Origin: an uncultured Methanomicrobiaceae archaeon
Lineage (GTDB): Archaea; Halobacteriota; Methanomicrobia; Methanomicrobiales; Methanoculleaceae
DNA length: 64,000 nucleotides
Assembly (NCBI GenBank): GCA_963826525.1
Contig: CAWGXH010000004.1
Location: 320,001 to 384,000, forward strand
Direction: 5' to 3'
A program made the position numbers and the translations under genes. Positions 31,759-42,727 of this stretch are shown here, one piece after another. Position 1 is the first letter of the stretch, and each line of letters opens with the position of its first letter. Below the pieces are notes generated by a model. That model did not search any database, was not told the DNA's origin, and was given only the letters and a program-made list of their open reading frames with translations.

Positions 31759-32966
31759 TTAGCCCCGGCCGAGCTCCTGGTGAGCGCGGGCGAGGTGCTG
31801 GGCTGCAAGTGCGCCGAGCAGGGAGAGCTCGCCCGCAAGGATACCTGCCGCCACGATCTCGGCAAAAGCCCGTGCGTGGGTACCTGCCGGATTGCCCCCA
31901 CCATGGACACCCAGGAGCTGTAGGCACTCGCGCTGGGTCGCCAGACCCGTCCCGCCGCCGACGGTGCCGACCGGGAGGGAGGGAAGGGTCACCGCGACGT
32001 AGGCACCTCCGTCCACCTTCTCGACCGTCGTGATGCAGGTGCTCCCCTCAACGACGTGCGCAGCGTCCTGCCCGCAGGCGATGAAGACGGCCGCGACGAC
32101 GTTGGCCGCTTGGGCGTTGAACCCGAGCGAGGCCGCGCGGGCGGAACCGACAAGATTCTTTCGATAGTTGACTGCTGCGAGGGTCTCGGCATCGGTCTTG
32201 AGGAGGCCCGTGATGAGATCGTCGGAGAGCTTACCCCCGCAACAACCGTCTTGCCCCGTCCTTTGACCAGATTGATCGCTGCAGGCTTTTTATCGGTGCA
32301 CATATTTCCGGAGAGTGCGACGAGACGGGCGCCGGTCTCCCGCTCGACGAGTTCCCCGACCTTTGCCGACGCTATCGTCACCATATTCATGCCCATGGCA
32401 TCTTTGGTGTCGAACTCCATCCGCAGGAAAACACTTGTTCCGGCGACGTACGGGACGATATCGAAGAGTTTGCCGTGCGACGTGGTGCTCTCGGCCGCCT
32501 CCCGTATCTCGGCCACGTGCTCTTCCACCCAGGTGACGATCTCCCGGGCATGGATGATGTCGCGGGCGGCAAAGACCGGTGCCCGGGTCATGCCGTCACG
32601 CATGATCCGCACGTCCGCTCCGCCTGCCCGGGAGATCAGGGCGCAGCCCCGGTTCACCGACGCCACCAGCGCACCCTCGGTCGTCGCCAGAGGGAGGTAG
32701 TACGACGCTTTCGCATACTCGCCGTTCACGGCGAGCGGGCCGGCGACGCCGACCGGCACCTGCACCGCACCGATCATATTCTCGATATTTTTCCTGACCG
32801 CCTGGTCGATCGGGATCGTGAACGAACCGAGCGCCGCAAGGTCAGAACCCGTCTCGGATTCGATATATTTCCGGCGTATCCGGACGGCCTCAACGGCTCC
32901 AAGTTCTTTCTCCAGGGCATAGAGTTTCAGCGAACCACTCCTGATGCGCTCGAAATAATCATCCAT
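31759..32966 (-). CDS. hmgA: HMG-CoA reductase (class I, NADPH), frameshifted near 3' end
   Basis: ENMIG, PLATTEGALVAS, DAMGMNM, LSGNMCTDKK, GTVGGGT, GELSLL. Confidence 0.93.
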
Positions 32967-33000
32967 GAATACCATTAGGACTCAAACATAAAGAGGACTG

Positions 33001-33930
33001 GTGGTTCGTATCAGAAGGACGCAATGGTGCATCGCCGTAGAGAGAACGGATGCCGAAGCAGCGCGACGCCGCCTTGCCGGAGTCGGCATGCTGGATCGGA
33101 CGCTGAAACCGAGGGTGGAAGGAGAACTCCTCCTGCTGCCCGTCGTCGAGCCCTGCGAGGGGGCCCGGGAGTGCGAGTTCGAGGCGTTTCCGGCGCGAAC
33201 CGAACTCCCGCGGCACGAACTCGTGGGCGGCATCGCGATCATGCAGGAGGACGATCCGGCCGGAGCGAAACGGCTGCTCGCCTCCCGCCCGTCGCTCCAC
33301 ACCGTTCTTCTCCCCGAGAGCGCCGTCGAGGGAGAATACCGGACCCGGCGCTACACCGTCCTTGCGGGCACTCCCACCACCAAAACCCGGTACACGGAGT
33401 ACGGTCTTCGGTTCGACCTCGACCTCGGCCTCGCCTACTTCTCGGCCCGCCTCTCCACCGAGCGGCAGCGGCTGCTCTCCCTGATGGGGGAGGGAGAGTG
33501 CGTCCTCGATATGTTCGCCGGCGTCGGGCCGTTTGCGATCACGCTGGCGCGGCGGGCCCGGATCGTCTTCGCCGCCGATATCAATCCCGCCGCCGTCCAC
33601 CTGATGATCCGAAACCTCACCCTCAATCGCACCGAGAACGTGGTGCCCATCCTTGCGGATGCGGGACACCTCGACCGCATCGGCATGCCTCCCGTAGACC
33701 GGATCATCATGAACCTGCCCCTCGCAGCACCGCAGTTTCTCACGGCAGCGGCAAACCTCTGCCGGGACGGCGGATGGATCCACCTCTACGCCCTGCAGGA
33801 GCAGCCCGGTGAGTTCCTGCCGCTGATCGATGCTCTGCCGGTCGACGACGTCCGCGAGCAGGAGGTCAGAACATACTCGCCGGGAAAATGGCATGCGGTC
33901 TACGATATCCACATTGAAAAAGAAGAGTAG
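33001..33930 (+). CDS. Trm5/Met-10-like SAM-dependent tRNA methyltransferase
   Basis: VEGEYRTR, AYFSARLSTER, VLDMFAGVGPF, DINP, IIMNLP. Confidence 0.85.
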   Translation: MVRIRRTQWCIAVERTDAEAARRRLAGVGMLDRTLKPRVEGELLLLPVVEPCEGARECEFEAFPARTELPRHELVGGIAIMQEDDPAGAKRLLASRPSLHTVLLPESAVEGEYRTRRYTVLAGTPTTKTRYTEYGLRFDLDLGLAYFSARLSTERQRLLSLMGEGECVLDMFAGVGPFAITLARRARIVFAADINPAAVHLMIRNLTLNRTENVVPILADAGHLDRIGMPPVDRIIMNLPLAAPQFLTAAANLCRDGGWIHLYALQEQPGEFLPLIDALPVDDVREQEVRTYSPGKWHAVYDIHIEKEE

Positions 33931-33935
33931 AGAAG

Positions 33936-34328
33936 TTATTCTGCAGGAACGAACTTCGTCCCGTAGTGGATGACACCGCTCTCACCGTCGGCGGCGATAC
34001 GGCGGAAGACGCTTTTAACCCGCATCCCGATATGCGCCTCGTCGGGGGTGCAGACGATCTGGGCGGTGAGGTTCGGCCCCTCGTCCAGTCTGACGATGGC
34101 AAGGACATAGGGCGTGGCGCTGTCGAACTGGTCGCTTGCCGTCCGGATGACCGTGTAGGTGACGACCTCGCCGTCGCCCTTGAACTGGTGGTCGATGACC
34201 TTCCCGCCACGGCGGCAGTCGGGGCAGAGCGACCGGGGCGGGTAGAAGTGCCGCCCACAGTTGGTGCAGACTGTGCCGATGAGGTTGTAACGCTGCGGAA
34301 TCTTTCTCCAGAACCGTGCTACCGACAT
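33936..34328 (-). CDS. DUF35 Zn-ribbon/OB-fold scaffold subunit of the thiolase-HMG-CoA synthase complex
   Basis: CTNCG..FYPPR..CPDC, VFRRI...G.I.YGTKF; adjacent to thiolase. Confidence 0.9.
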   Translation of the reverse strand: MSVARFWRKIPQRYNLIGTVCTNCGRHFYPPRSLCPDCRRGGKVIDHQFKGDGEVVTYTVIRTASDQFDSATPYVLAIVRLDEGPNLTAQIVCTPDEAHIGMRVKSVFRRIAADGESGVIHYGTKFVPAE

Positions 34329-34329
34329 G

Positions 34330-35493
34330 TTAGCACCCTCCGAGAATGTGGACGACGACCGTAGCGCCGGTGCCACCGACGTTATGCGCCATACCGATAT
34401 TCGCGTCCACCTGCCGACCTCCGGCTTCACCGCGGATCTGCTGGACAATCTCGTAGATCTGCTTGATCCCGGTCGCCCCAACAGGGTGGCCGCAGGCCTT
34501 CAGGCCACCGCTCGTGTTCACCGGGAGTGCCCCGTTCAGGGCCGTAACACCCTCTTCGGTGAGCTTGCCGGCCTCTCCCTTGTCGCAGAAGCCGAGGTCT
34601 TCGATGGCGCAGATCTCTGCGATGGTGAAGCAGTCGTGCACCTCGACGAGATCGATATCGCTGTGTTTAAGCCTCGCCTGTGCAAAGGCACGGCGGCCGG
34701 CGGCGACCGTAGCATCCAGTGTGGAGATGTCGCGACGGTCATGGAGCGCAATCGTATCGCTCGCCTGTGCACTCGCAAGCACCCGCACCGGAGAGTCGGT
34801 GAACTCACGGGCGCGTTCGAGCGGCACCACGACGACCGCCGCGGCACCGTCCGTGATCGGCGAACAGTCGAAGAGACGGAGCGGATCGGCTACCAGCGAG
34901 GAGTTCAGCACGGTGTCGATCGTGATCCGCTGCCGGAACTGGGCGATCGGGTTGTGAACGCCGTTCTCGTGGTTCTTCACCGCCACCTGCGCAAGCTGGT
35001 CCCGGGTGAGGGAGTAGCGGTGCATGTAGTTGTTCGCGATCATGGCGTAGAGGCCGGGGAACGTCGCACCGGCGAACCCTTCCCACTCACGATCTGCGGC
35101 GCCGGCGAGCGTGTCGACGCTCGCTCCCGTGCCGACGTCCGTCATCTTCTCGACACCGGCCGCGACGACGATATCCTCCATCCCGCTCGCGACGGCGATA
35201 ACGGCCTGCCGGAACGCAAGGCCGCCCGAAGCACACGCTGCCTCGACACGGGTCGAAGCGGCGTGGTTGCTGGCAAGACCGGCATAGTCGGCAATGAGCG
35301 CTCCGATGTGCTCCTGCTCGACGAACCTGCCGGCACTCATGTTTCCAACGTAGAGCGCGTCGATCTGTTCACCGGTAACGCCGGCATCATCAAGTGCCAG
35401 CGCTCCGGCCTCTACAAAGAGGTTTCGGAACGATGTGCTCCAGTGTTCGCCGAACTCCGTACATCCGACTCCGATTACTGCTACGTCTCTCAT
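34330..35493 (-). CDS. Acetoacetyl-CoA thiolase (archaeal)
   Basis: [47 protein letters not shown]. Confidence 0.93.
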   Translation of the reverse strand: MRDVAVIGVGCTEFGEHWSTSFRNLFVEAGALALDDAGVTGEQIDALYVGNMSAGRFVEQEHIGALIADYAGLASNHAASTRVEAACASGGLAFRQAVIAVASGMEDIVVAAGVEKMTDVGTGASVDTLAGAADREWEGFAGATFPGLYAMIANNYMHRYSLTRDQLAQVAVKNHENGVHNPIAQFRQRITIDTVLNSSLVADPLRLFDCSPITDGAAAVVVVPLERAREFTDSPVRVLASAQASDTIALHDRRDISTLDATVAAGRRAFAQARLKHSDIDLVEVHDCFTIAEICAIEDLGFCDKGEAGKLTEEGVTALNGALPVNTSGGLKACGHPVGATGIKQIYEIVQQIRGEAGGRQVDANIGMAHNVGGTGATVVVHILGGC

Positions 35494-36543
35494 CGCTGCA
35501 TCACGATCTTTCCTTTGTGTTTGGCATACAGTGCATAGTCGATGTATATGGGATTTGCAAGGAGTTTCTCGACGGATGGAGCTCTTGCCCTGTCGAATGA
35601 GTCCGATGCGATGGCGTCGGTCACTTCGATATCGAAGGCGTCGCTCCCGGCACCCGACCCGAACGAGGTGACGAAGATCCGGTCACCCGGACTCTGCGAT
35701 ATCGAGCGTCGCGGCAAGGCCGACCATGGACGCACCGCTGTAGGTGTTGCCGAGCCGCGGGACGACGAGTCCCGGCTTGATCTGTTCGCCGGTAAAACCG
35801 AGCATCTTCGCCACACGCTGCGGGAACTTCGCATTCGGCTGGTGAAAGACCGCATAGTCATAGTCGGAGGGCGTCTTTTCCATCTGCTCGAGCATCAGGC
35901 GTGCAGCCCCCTGGACGTGCTTGAAGTATCCCGGGTCGCCGGTGAACCGCCCGCCGTGCCGGGGGAAGTTCTGTCCTTCACGCCGCCAGAAATCCGGTGT
36001 ATCGGTGGTGAACGAACAGGTGTGGTTGATAACGGCGATGGGATCGTCGTTACCGAGCACGAACGCAGCTCCGCCGGCTGCGGCAGTGTACTCGAGCGCA
36101 TCGCCGGGTGCCCCCTGGGCAACGTCGGCACCGACGGCCATCCCGAAGGTCACCATCCCGCTCTTGACAAGACCCATACAGGTCTGAATCGCAGCGGTTC
36201 CGGCCTTGCAGGCGAACTCGTAGTCAGCAGCGGTCATGTACGGTGTCGCACCTATCGCCTCGCCGACCGTACAGGCAGTGGGTTTAACCGCGTAGGGATG
36301 CGATTCGCTCCCAACGTAGATCGCACCGATCTTCTCCGGATCGACGTTTCTCCGCCGCATTGCCGCCCGTGATGCCTCGACGGCGATCGTGGCGGTGTCC
36401 TCGTCCATATCGGGGACGGACTTTTCAAAGACGCCGAGCCCTTTTGTAATGTCGTCTGCGTTGGCACCCCATACCCGGGCGATCTCGGGGATCTTTATCC
36501 GAAACCGCGGGATATAGACGCCGTATGAATATATGCCTACCAT
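35490..36543 (-). CDS. hmgB: HMG-CoA synthase (archaeal), frameshift near 35690
   Basis: [46 protein letters not shown]. Confidence 0.92.
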
Positions 36544-37249
36544 AACTCCCCTCGTAAGGAACTGATGATCGTCTCGACATCCATCTGCGTGCACAGCACG
36601 GTAATCCTGTCCTTCTCTGCAAGTCTCGGTATCAGCGGATGCACCTGTTCGGAGGTTATCCCCTGCAGGATGACACAGCGGGGCTTGAACGGCGTGACCC
36701 GGATCGCCACCATCGGAGACTTTCCGTTGGAGACGTCGGTGAATATCAGCGCCCGTTCGGGTACTCCAGCCATAGATCCGGTTGAACTCGCTCGAAGAGA
36801 GCTGCAGGATGGCATTCAAGCTGTTGATGATCGTATACCCGAAGATCGTCTGGTCGAGCGAGCCGCAAAGAAGCGTGCAGTCGATGGCCTTTGAAAAATC
36901 TTCGAGGGTAACGGGTGATGCATACTCGTGGATGTCGTAGATGACGTCTTCGTCAAACTCACTGTACAGAATTTTCGCAAATTTGTTGATGTACTTACTG
37001 CCGCTGTCCTCGTCGATGTTCAGGATGGTATCGACGATCTTACCGACAATGGCCGTTCCGGGACTCTTTCGACGTCCACTTTCATAGTCGCTGATGACTG
37101 AAGGAGAGACTCCGAGGCGATCTGCCAGTATTCCCTGGGGAATATTAAAGACTCATCCGCCATTTCTTCAAAGCCTTTCCTGGAGAGTCCGAAAGCGTAA
37201 TCTCACCCGCCATTTTCTCAGCAAGCTGATGACGCACTCCGGATTTCAT
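36537..37249 (-). CDS. XRE-HTH transcriptional regulator (two frameshifts; mostly missed by the ORF track)
   Basis: Manual translation [31 protein letters not shown] / [31 protein letters not shown]...YGWST / [21 protein letters not shown]. Confidence 0.8.
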
Positions 37250-37385
37250 GCCATCTATGTTGGTAGCGATACTTAAAAAATTAGCGTATCACACATCGAC
37301 ATTTCACGAAGAGGATCCGGCGGGAAGGCAAAAGCAGACAGGACATAGCAACCCATATATAGTATGCATCTCAATTTTGATGCAT

Positions 37386-38057
37386 ATGGTCGTGGCAGAA
37401 GATCTGCAGTGCCTCAAGACGATCGCCCTGCTCGGCGGATGCAGCGGAGCGATATGGCTGTCATCCCAGACATTCGGGAGATCGCTGGATATCAGCCCCC
37501 AGACCGCCTCCCGCCGCCTCATCTCGCTCGAGCGCCAGCACCTGATCACGAGGTCGCTCCGGTCGGACGGCCAGTACGTCGCCGTCACGCCGCAGGGCGA
37601 GAGCGAGCTCAAGCGGGAATATGCCGAGTATGAAAGAATATTCACCCGGAAGAAAGAACGGCATACCCTGACCGGCACTGTAATCAGCGGTCTTGGAGAA
37701 GGCCGCTACTACATGAGCATACCCCATTACCGTGAACAGTTTGCAGAGAAACTCGGGTTTGAACCATACCCCGGCACGCTGAACATCCGGCTCAACCCGC
37801 TCAGCATTCAGGTGCGAAAAGAACTTGATGCGCGGAACTGGATCGAGGTAGACGGGTTTACTAACGACAACAGAACCTTCGGCGGCGCATATGCCCTTCC
37901 ATGCCGGATAGGAGGGCACTCCTGTGCGATAGTTGTACCGACACGATCACACTATCCCGAAGACATCATCGAGGTTATCGCCGGACGCGAGCTCCGCAAG
38001 GAGCTTTCGCTCACCGATAATGATACCGTCGAGGTGGAGGTTACCTATGATGCATGA
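37386..38057 (+). CDS. ribK: CTP-dependent riboflavin kinase with N-terminal winged HTH
   Basis: SPQTASRRL HTH; GTVISGLGEGRYY, LGFEPYPGTLN, IEVIA...LR. Confidence 0.92.
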   Translation: MVVAEDLQCLKTIALLGGCSGAIWLSSQTFGRSLDISPQTASRRLISLERQHLITRSLRSDGQYVAVTPQGESELKREYAEYERIFTRKKERHTLTGTVISGLGEGRYYMSIPHYREQFAEKLGFEPYPGTLNIRLNPLSIQVRKELDARNWIEVDGFTNDNRTFGGAYALPCRIGGHSCAIVVPTRSHYPEDIIEVIAGRELRKELSLTDNDTVEVEVTYDA

Positions 38058-38712
38058 AGCACTACGAGCACTGGCAAACGGCGAATTCATTCTGCTGTAT
38101 GATTTTGACGATCGAGAACGGGAAACTGACCTTACGATTCTGGCGGATGCGGTAACTCCCGCCCATGTGCGACAGATGCGAAAGGATGCGGGCGGCCTGA
38201 TCTGTACCGCCGTCCACCCCGAGGCCGCAAAGAGGCTCGGCCTCCCGTTTGCGAGGGATATCCTCAGTGCCAGCAGCCTCGTCGAGAAAGACGGCGATAT
38301 CCCCTATGATCGGAGGAACCACTCCTCCTTCTCCCTCTGGGTCAACCACCGGGAGACGTTCACGGGGATCACCGACAACGATCGTTCGCTTACGATACAG
38401 GCCGTTGCCGAACAGGTGAAGCGTTCCCTCAACGGCGGCGGCACGAACTTCAGCGCTTCGTTCCGGACGCCCGGGCACGTCCCGCTCCTCCGGGCTGCCG
38501 ACCATCTGCTCGATGAGCGATGCGGACAGACCGAACTCTCCATTGCTCTCGCCGATCTTGCCGGAGTAACGCCGGCGGTCACGGTCTGCGAGATGCTCGA
38601 CGATGAAACGGGCATGGCACTTTCGAAGGAGGATGCCCGGGCGTATGCCCGAAAACACGGACTTGTCTTCATCGAGGGCAAAGACGTTGTGGAGAAATGG
38701 AGTTCCCGGTAA
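38047..38712 (+). CDS. ribB: 3,4-dihydroxy-2-butanone-4-phosphate synthase
   Basis: DRERETD, DAGGLIC, TGITDNDR, FRTPGHV, GQTE, VCEMLD. Confidence 0.93.
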   Translation: MMHEALRALANGEFILLYDFDDRERETDLTILADAVTPAHVRQMRKDAGGLICTAVHPEAAKRLGLPFARDILSASSLVEKDGDIPYDRRNHSSFSLWVNHRETFTGITDNDRSLTIQAVAEQVKRSLNGGGTNFSASFRTPGHVPLLRAADHLLDERCGQTELSIALADLAGVTPAVTVCEMLDDETGMALSKEDARAYARKHGLVFIEGKDVVEKWSSR

Positions 38713-38845
38713 TTCAGGAAACCAACTCTTTTTACTCTCAAATACCGCCACGGACCGCCCCACCATCCCCGAGGGCTCTTTTCAGAGGAGAACTGCCGCG
38801 CAGCTTCGTAAATCATAAATAGTAGTATACAATACCATTTGGCGA

Positions 38846-39499
38846 ATGAAAAGAGATGCAGTCGTGTATCTAAATACAAAAAGGAAGGGGGACTTCGAGG
38901 TTCAGAAGAGTGAAGTCGAGAACTTCTGTAAATATCGATTTAATATCGCCAGGATCTACCACGACCACCGGATGAACGCAATCCCCCCTGAAAAGCGCAG
39001 GTCATACCAGGAGATGCTGGATTACTGCTGCGCACACGGCCAGGATACCATTATTCTCTACAATTTCTGCGACCTTGCGAAGAATCCGGATCACAGTCTC
39101 CAGGCACTCAAAACATTGAACGATGCTAAATACTGCATTTACTCTGCCACAAAGGACTTCTTCGGCGCGACGGATGACCAGACCCAGCGGCAGGAACTCA
39201 TCGGCAACTTCCTCGAATTCATGGACCATTACCGGGATACCGTCCAGAAGGTGCCGGCGGCCGGGGCGAAGAAGGCGGTGCGAAAAGGGATCAATACGAT
39301 CGGAAGGCCAAAAGCACTCAATGAAGGGCAGATCGAGGCACTGCTCACCATCAGGCAGGCAGGCACGAGTATCAGCCAGATCTGCAGGATGTTCGACGTC
39401 AGCAGAAGCACGGTGAGCAAGATCCTCGCCGACTACCCCGAGCTCAAAGGCGAGTGGAAAGGAACCCGGGCGGAGTCTGAACTCGAAAGCAGCGATTAA
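38846..39499 (+). CDS. Serine resolvase/invertase-like protein with C-terminal HTH, catalytic motif degenerate
   Basis: N-terminal resolvase-like domain; GRPKAL...IRQAGTSISQICRMFDVSRSTV is a Hin-type HTH. Confidence 0.7.
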   Translation: MKRDAVVYLNTKRKGDFEVQKSEVENFCKYRFNIARIYHDHRMNAIPPEKRRSYQEMLDYCCAHGQDTIILYNFCDLAKNPDHSLQALKTLNDAKYCIYSATKDFFGATDDQTQRQELIGNFLEFMDHYRDTVQKVPAAGAKKAVRKGINTIGRPKALNEGQIEALLTIRQAGTSISQICRMFDVSRSTVSKILADYPELKGEWKGTRAESELESSD

Positions 39500-39589
39500 C
39501 TATTGAGGAACAGCATCGCAACCGATTTTTTCCCGGCAGGGGCAGGGAAAACGGTGTTGAAAAATAAAGAGGAGAGAGGGATCCCGGAT

Positions 39590-40159
39590 CTATAACTGGA
39601 TCTGGGAGAGGGCGTCGTAGACCATCTTCCGGGAGATGGGCGGCTGATTTTCGTACTCCTTCTGCGCTCTCTGCGAATCCTCGGTTGTCCCCATCGCGTC
39701 GATACGGTCGAGCGTATTCCGGGCGGTATCGAGCACCCAGATATCACGAGTCTCCCGGTCGACGACGGAGATCGACTCGACGCGGATGGATAAGAGAGAC
39801 TTCCCATCGGGCGTCTCGAAGATATTCGGCTTGCCGATCACGGCAACGAATGCCGGAGGTTCGATTCTGGCAATCTGCTGCATCGCCTCGGGGTTATACG
39901 AACCGGCCATGATGAAGAACGTACCGGTCGGATCGGCGACCCGGCCGCGGTAGAAGATGTTCTGGTCACCCTGCCGCTGCTTCTCGGTGAGCGTCCCGAC
40001 AATAAGGATACGATTTGCCCGAACCCCGCTCGGGAGGAGGACATAGGTAGGGCTTTTTTCGTCCTCGCCCTCCTTGAAATGGACGCGTGTCTCGCGGAGC
40101 TCCGATGCAAAGACCCTGCGTGCGGGCTCACGCTCGTAGGAGATCTGCTGACGGTTCAT
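39590..40159 (-). CDS. RPA-associated OB-fold protein
   Basis: REPARRVFASEL, PTYVLLPSG..ANR....GTLTE, DPTGTF, FVAVIGK. Confidence 0.85.
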   Translation of the reverse strand: MNRQQISYEREPARRVFASELRETRVHFKEGEDEKSPTYVLLPSGVRANRILIVGTLTEKQRQGDQNIFYRGRVADPTGTFFIMAGSYNPEAMQQIARIEPPAFVAVIGKPNIFETPDGKSLLSIRVESISVVDRETRDIWVLDTARNTLDRIDAMGTTEDSQRAQKEYENQPPISRKMVYDALSQIQL

Positions 40160-41382
40160 GCCGTTTCACCTCCGGCACGGTTCAGCAGCAAAGCAAGTTC
40201 CGCGGAGTCGAAGGTCACCGGGGCACACTGCTCCACCAGCAGCCGCCCATCGAACTCGTTGCCGATGCAGGTGTAGTAGCGTCCGAGGACTGCATTTGAG
40301 ATCCGATTAAATACCTCATCCACCCCGAGAGGATTATTCTCCGCAACCTCGATCGCCTCGTCCAGGGTGAGGGAAGCAAGTCCCTCGACGATCTCGCGCT
40401 GGGCAAGGATATTTCTCGCACGGGTGCCGTCGTCGAGCACAGCCTTCAGGCGCAGATCGTAGCGGAAGTTCGGCTGGATCTCGTGCACGGGACAGTAGTT
40501 CTGCCGGGAGAGCGTGCGGCTGCACCCCTCCACCGGGCAGCGCTTGATCAGTCCCGAACCGGGAGCGACGTGAACTATCGCGCCTGAAACTCCTGTCTCG
40601 CTCCTGCCGACCTCGATATCGCCCTCGTCTGCGATATACATGGCGGAGTTTAAGGTGAGGGAGAGCCTGCCGTTGTACTCGTCGACAACGGCATAGTAGA
40701 TGTTGTAGACGGTATCGGGTTCGAGTTGCTCTTTACCGTCCTCTTTCCAGATGACGAACCTGAGAGTTCCGGTCTCATCACCGAGAATACCAGCCTGCAG
40801 CATCCGGTCGTGCGTGCCATCCCTGACCTGCACTGTTTTCGCCCGGATGCTGCCGACTCCCGGCTTGAGCTCCGCAATCGGTGTGATCGACGGGATAAGC
40901 GGTACATCGCTCTCAACTGTCGTGATGGTCGTCCCGGAGTGGATCGTCAGGTTCGGTGCACCCCGGTACTCGTTGATGACGGCGGACTCGATCCGATACC
41001 ACTGCCCGTACTCCATCGTGGGAGGATTGCCGCGGCTCCAGGCGACAAAACGGATAGCACCCGACGAGTCGGCTATAATGCCGTTCTGGGCGATGGACGG
41101 CGAGGGGGAGGGGCTCAACGCGACGATCTTACCCTCGATCGTCACCCATTCTCCGGGTGCGACATCGTGGATCCGACGCTCCTCAGTCGATGTACCACTG
41201 ATGTCGGTCAGCTTGTGCTCGCGGGCAAGGTCGCTCATAACCGTCCGTTCAGCTTCGGCGAGATTGACGCCGAACTCCTCCACGAGGCGCCGGAGTTTGG
41301 ATTCGATCTTCTGCCGGTCGACAGAAGCACCTTTTGCTTCGATTTTCTGGGAGATTCTCTCAGCTACTTCAGACAATGTCAT
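40156..41382 (-). CDS. rpa: Replication protein A (OB folds plus Zn finger)
   Basis: IADSSGAI, LGDETGT, GSGLIKRCP..GC.R.L....CPVH, DLRLKAVLDDG. Confidence 0.9.
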   Translation of the reverse strand: MTLSEVAERISQKIEAKGASVDRQKIESKLRRLVEEFGVNLAEAERTVMSDLAREHKLTDISGTSTEERRIHDVAPGEWVTIEGKIVALSPSPSPSIAQNGIIADSSGAIRFVAWSRGNPPTMEYGQWYRIESAVINEYRGAPNLTIHSGTTITTVESDVPLIPSITPIAELKPGVGSIRAKTVQVRDGTHDRMLQAGILGDETGTLRFVIWKEDGKEQLEPDTVYNIYYAVVDEYNGRLSLTLNSAMYIADEGDIEVGRSETGVSGAIVHVAPGSGLIKRCPVEGCSRTLSRQNYCPVHEIQPNFRYDLRLKAVLDDGTRARNILAQREIVEGLASLTLDEAIEVAENNPLGVDEVFNRISNAVLGRYYTCIGNEFDGRLLVEQCAPVTFDSAELALLLNRAGGETA

Positions 41383-41647
41383 ACTACATCTCCAGTGAGT
41401 ACTTCGTTCTGCGTATGTATTAACCATCGTCGCGCGGGGCGAAAATGAACCTCGCGGACCTCTCCCTGGTGCCCGGTGGCGGCTCCGCCGGCACCTGATC
41501 GCTTACCCCGGTACCGATCTTCGCAAGGCGGATAAAAACACTGCTACGAACTCCCGGATAGCGTAGCAGACTTCTCTCCCCCGTTTCCTCGCCCGATCGG
41601 GGAGTTCACTCGAATGTATATATACCGGGAACAACAATAAAAATGGC

Positions 41648-41842
41648 ATGGCGTTAACAGCAGACAGTACGATTGCAGAACTCCTGCGTGAGAAACCGGA
41701 GTCTGCACAGGTTCTCTTCCGGTTCGGCATGGGCTGCCTCGGGTGTGCCATTGCAAACAACGAAACCGTCAGGGAAGCGGCTCAGGCTCACGGTGTCCCG
41801 CTCGAGGAGATGCTCTCGGCACTGGGCATCCCCGAGAAATAA
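41648..41842 (+). CDS. DUF1858 small Cys-containing protein
   Basis: TIAELL...PE...VL..FGMGCLGC..A..ETV.EAA..HG; TATA (TATATA) upstream. Confidence 0.85.
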   Translation: MALTADSTIAELLREKPESAQVLFRFGMGCLGCAIANNETVREAAQAHGVPLEEMLSALGIPEK

Positions 41843-41848
41843 CACAAT

Positions 41849-42727
41849 TCACAGACGATCCCGGAAGCGCTTCACTTCAGTGAGTGACGCTTCCGGATTT
41901 CTTTTTACATACTCCGCTACTTCCGGAATATGCAGGAGCGGGCACCCTGTGCACGCCCAGACCTTGCCGCAGTTCGAACTCTTCACCCATTCGCCGAGTG
42001 TCTCGTCCGCACACGGATAGTACGGGCAGTAGCAGAAGTCGCACCGCTGTCCTTCGAAATGACAGGGATAATACGGGCACGCTTCGGGCATCCACTCCAC
42101 CCAGTGCTCTCCACCGTACCTGCTAAATATGAAGAATGAAGGGCGACTCCGGTGCACTTGACCCTCCTGGCGTTTCAGCGCCTCCTGAACGCCGAAGAGC
42201 ACCGCAGCATAGACACGCCTGCCGACCTCGGTCAGCGTCCCGGCAAACTCATGCAGATGGCCGCCACCCTCGCACGCAACCACCACGGCATCGGTCGTCG
42301 TACCGGTGAAAGTATACCCCATGCACCGGAGCGCCTGTGCTTTCGCCTCCGTCACCGTGATGATTGTCTCGAGGAGCGCCGCATCGACCATACCCTCCCG
42401 GGAGGAGACGATGACGTTGATCGTATGGGGCGGATCGGGATTCGGGTTGGTCACCCCGGCGGTGACGAAGACCGTGATGAAGTCATACTGAAGGATACAG
42501 AGGTTTCGCATCTCCACTGCCGTCAGCAGCCCGAAGTATTCGTTTGAAAAACCCTGTTCGGTAGCGATCCCATCCATGTACCGGGAAACTTCTGCATGGT
42601 CGAAGTTCTTCGGAACGGTGTGGTTGAAGATTGTCGTGACCTGGCCAAGGCCGCCGCCGATGCCGGTGCTCGCGGCGCGGAAAGCACCCCGAAGAAAAAG
42701 AGTGGTATCCCGAAGAAAGTATCTCAT
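41849..42727 (-). CDS. cbiZ: Adenosylcobinamide amidohydrolase CbiZ with C-terminal cysteine-rich domain
   Basis: NHTV, GLLTAV, FVTAG, TINV, TEAK, TGTTTDA; C-terminal CPYYPCH...CDFCYCPYYPC...VWACTGC..LH. Confidence 0.85.
   Translation of the reverse strand: MRYFLRDTTLFLRGAFRAASTGIGGGLGQVTTIFNHTVPKNFDHAEVSRYMDGIATEQGFSNEYFGLLTAVEMRNLCILQYDFITVFVTAGVTNPNPDPPHTINVIVSSREGMVDAALLETIITVTEAKAQALRCMGYTFTGTTTDAVVVACEGGGHLHEFAGTLTEVGRRVYAAVLFGVQEALKRQEGQVHRSRPSFFIFSRYGGEHWVEWMPEACPYYPCHFEGQRCDFCYCPYYPCADETLGEWVKSSNCGKVWACTGCPLLHIPEVAEYVKRNPEASLTEVKRFRDRL

Noticed and set aside
35683-36819. Apparent regulator-HMG-CoA synthase fusion ORF
   Set aside because: Produced by a frameshift near 36763; the two genes have separate start and stop codons
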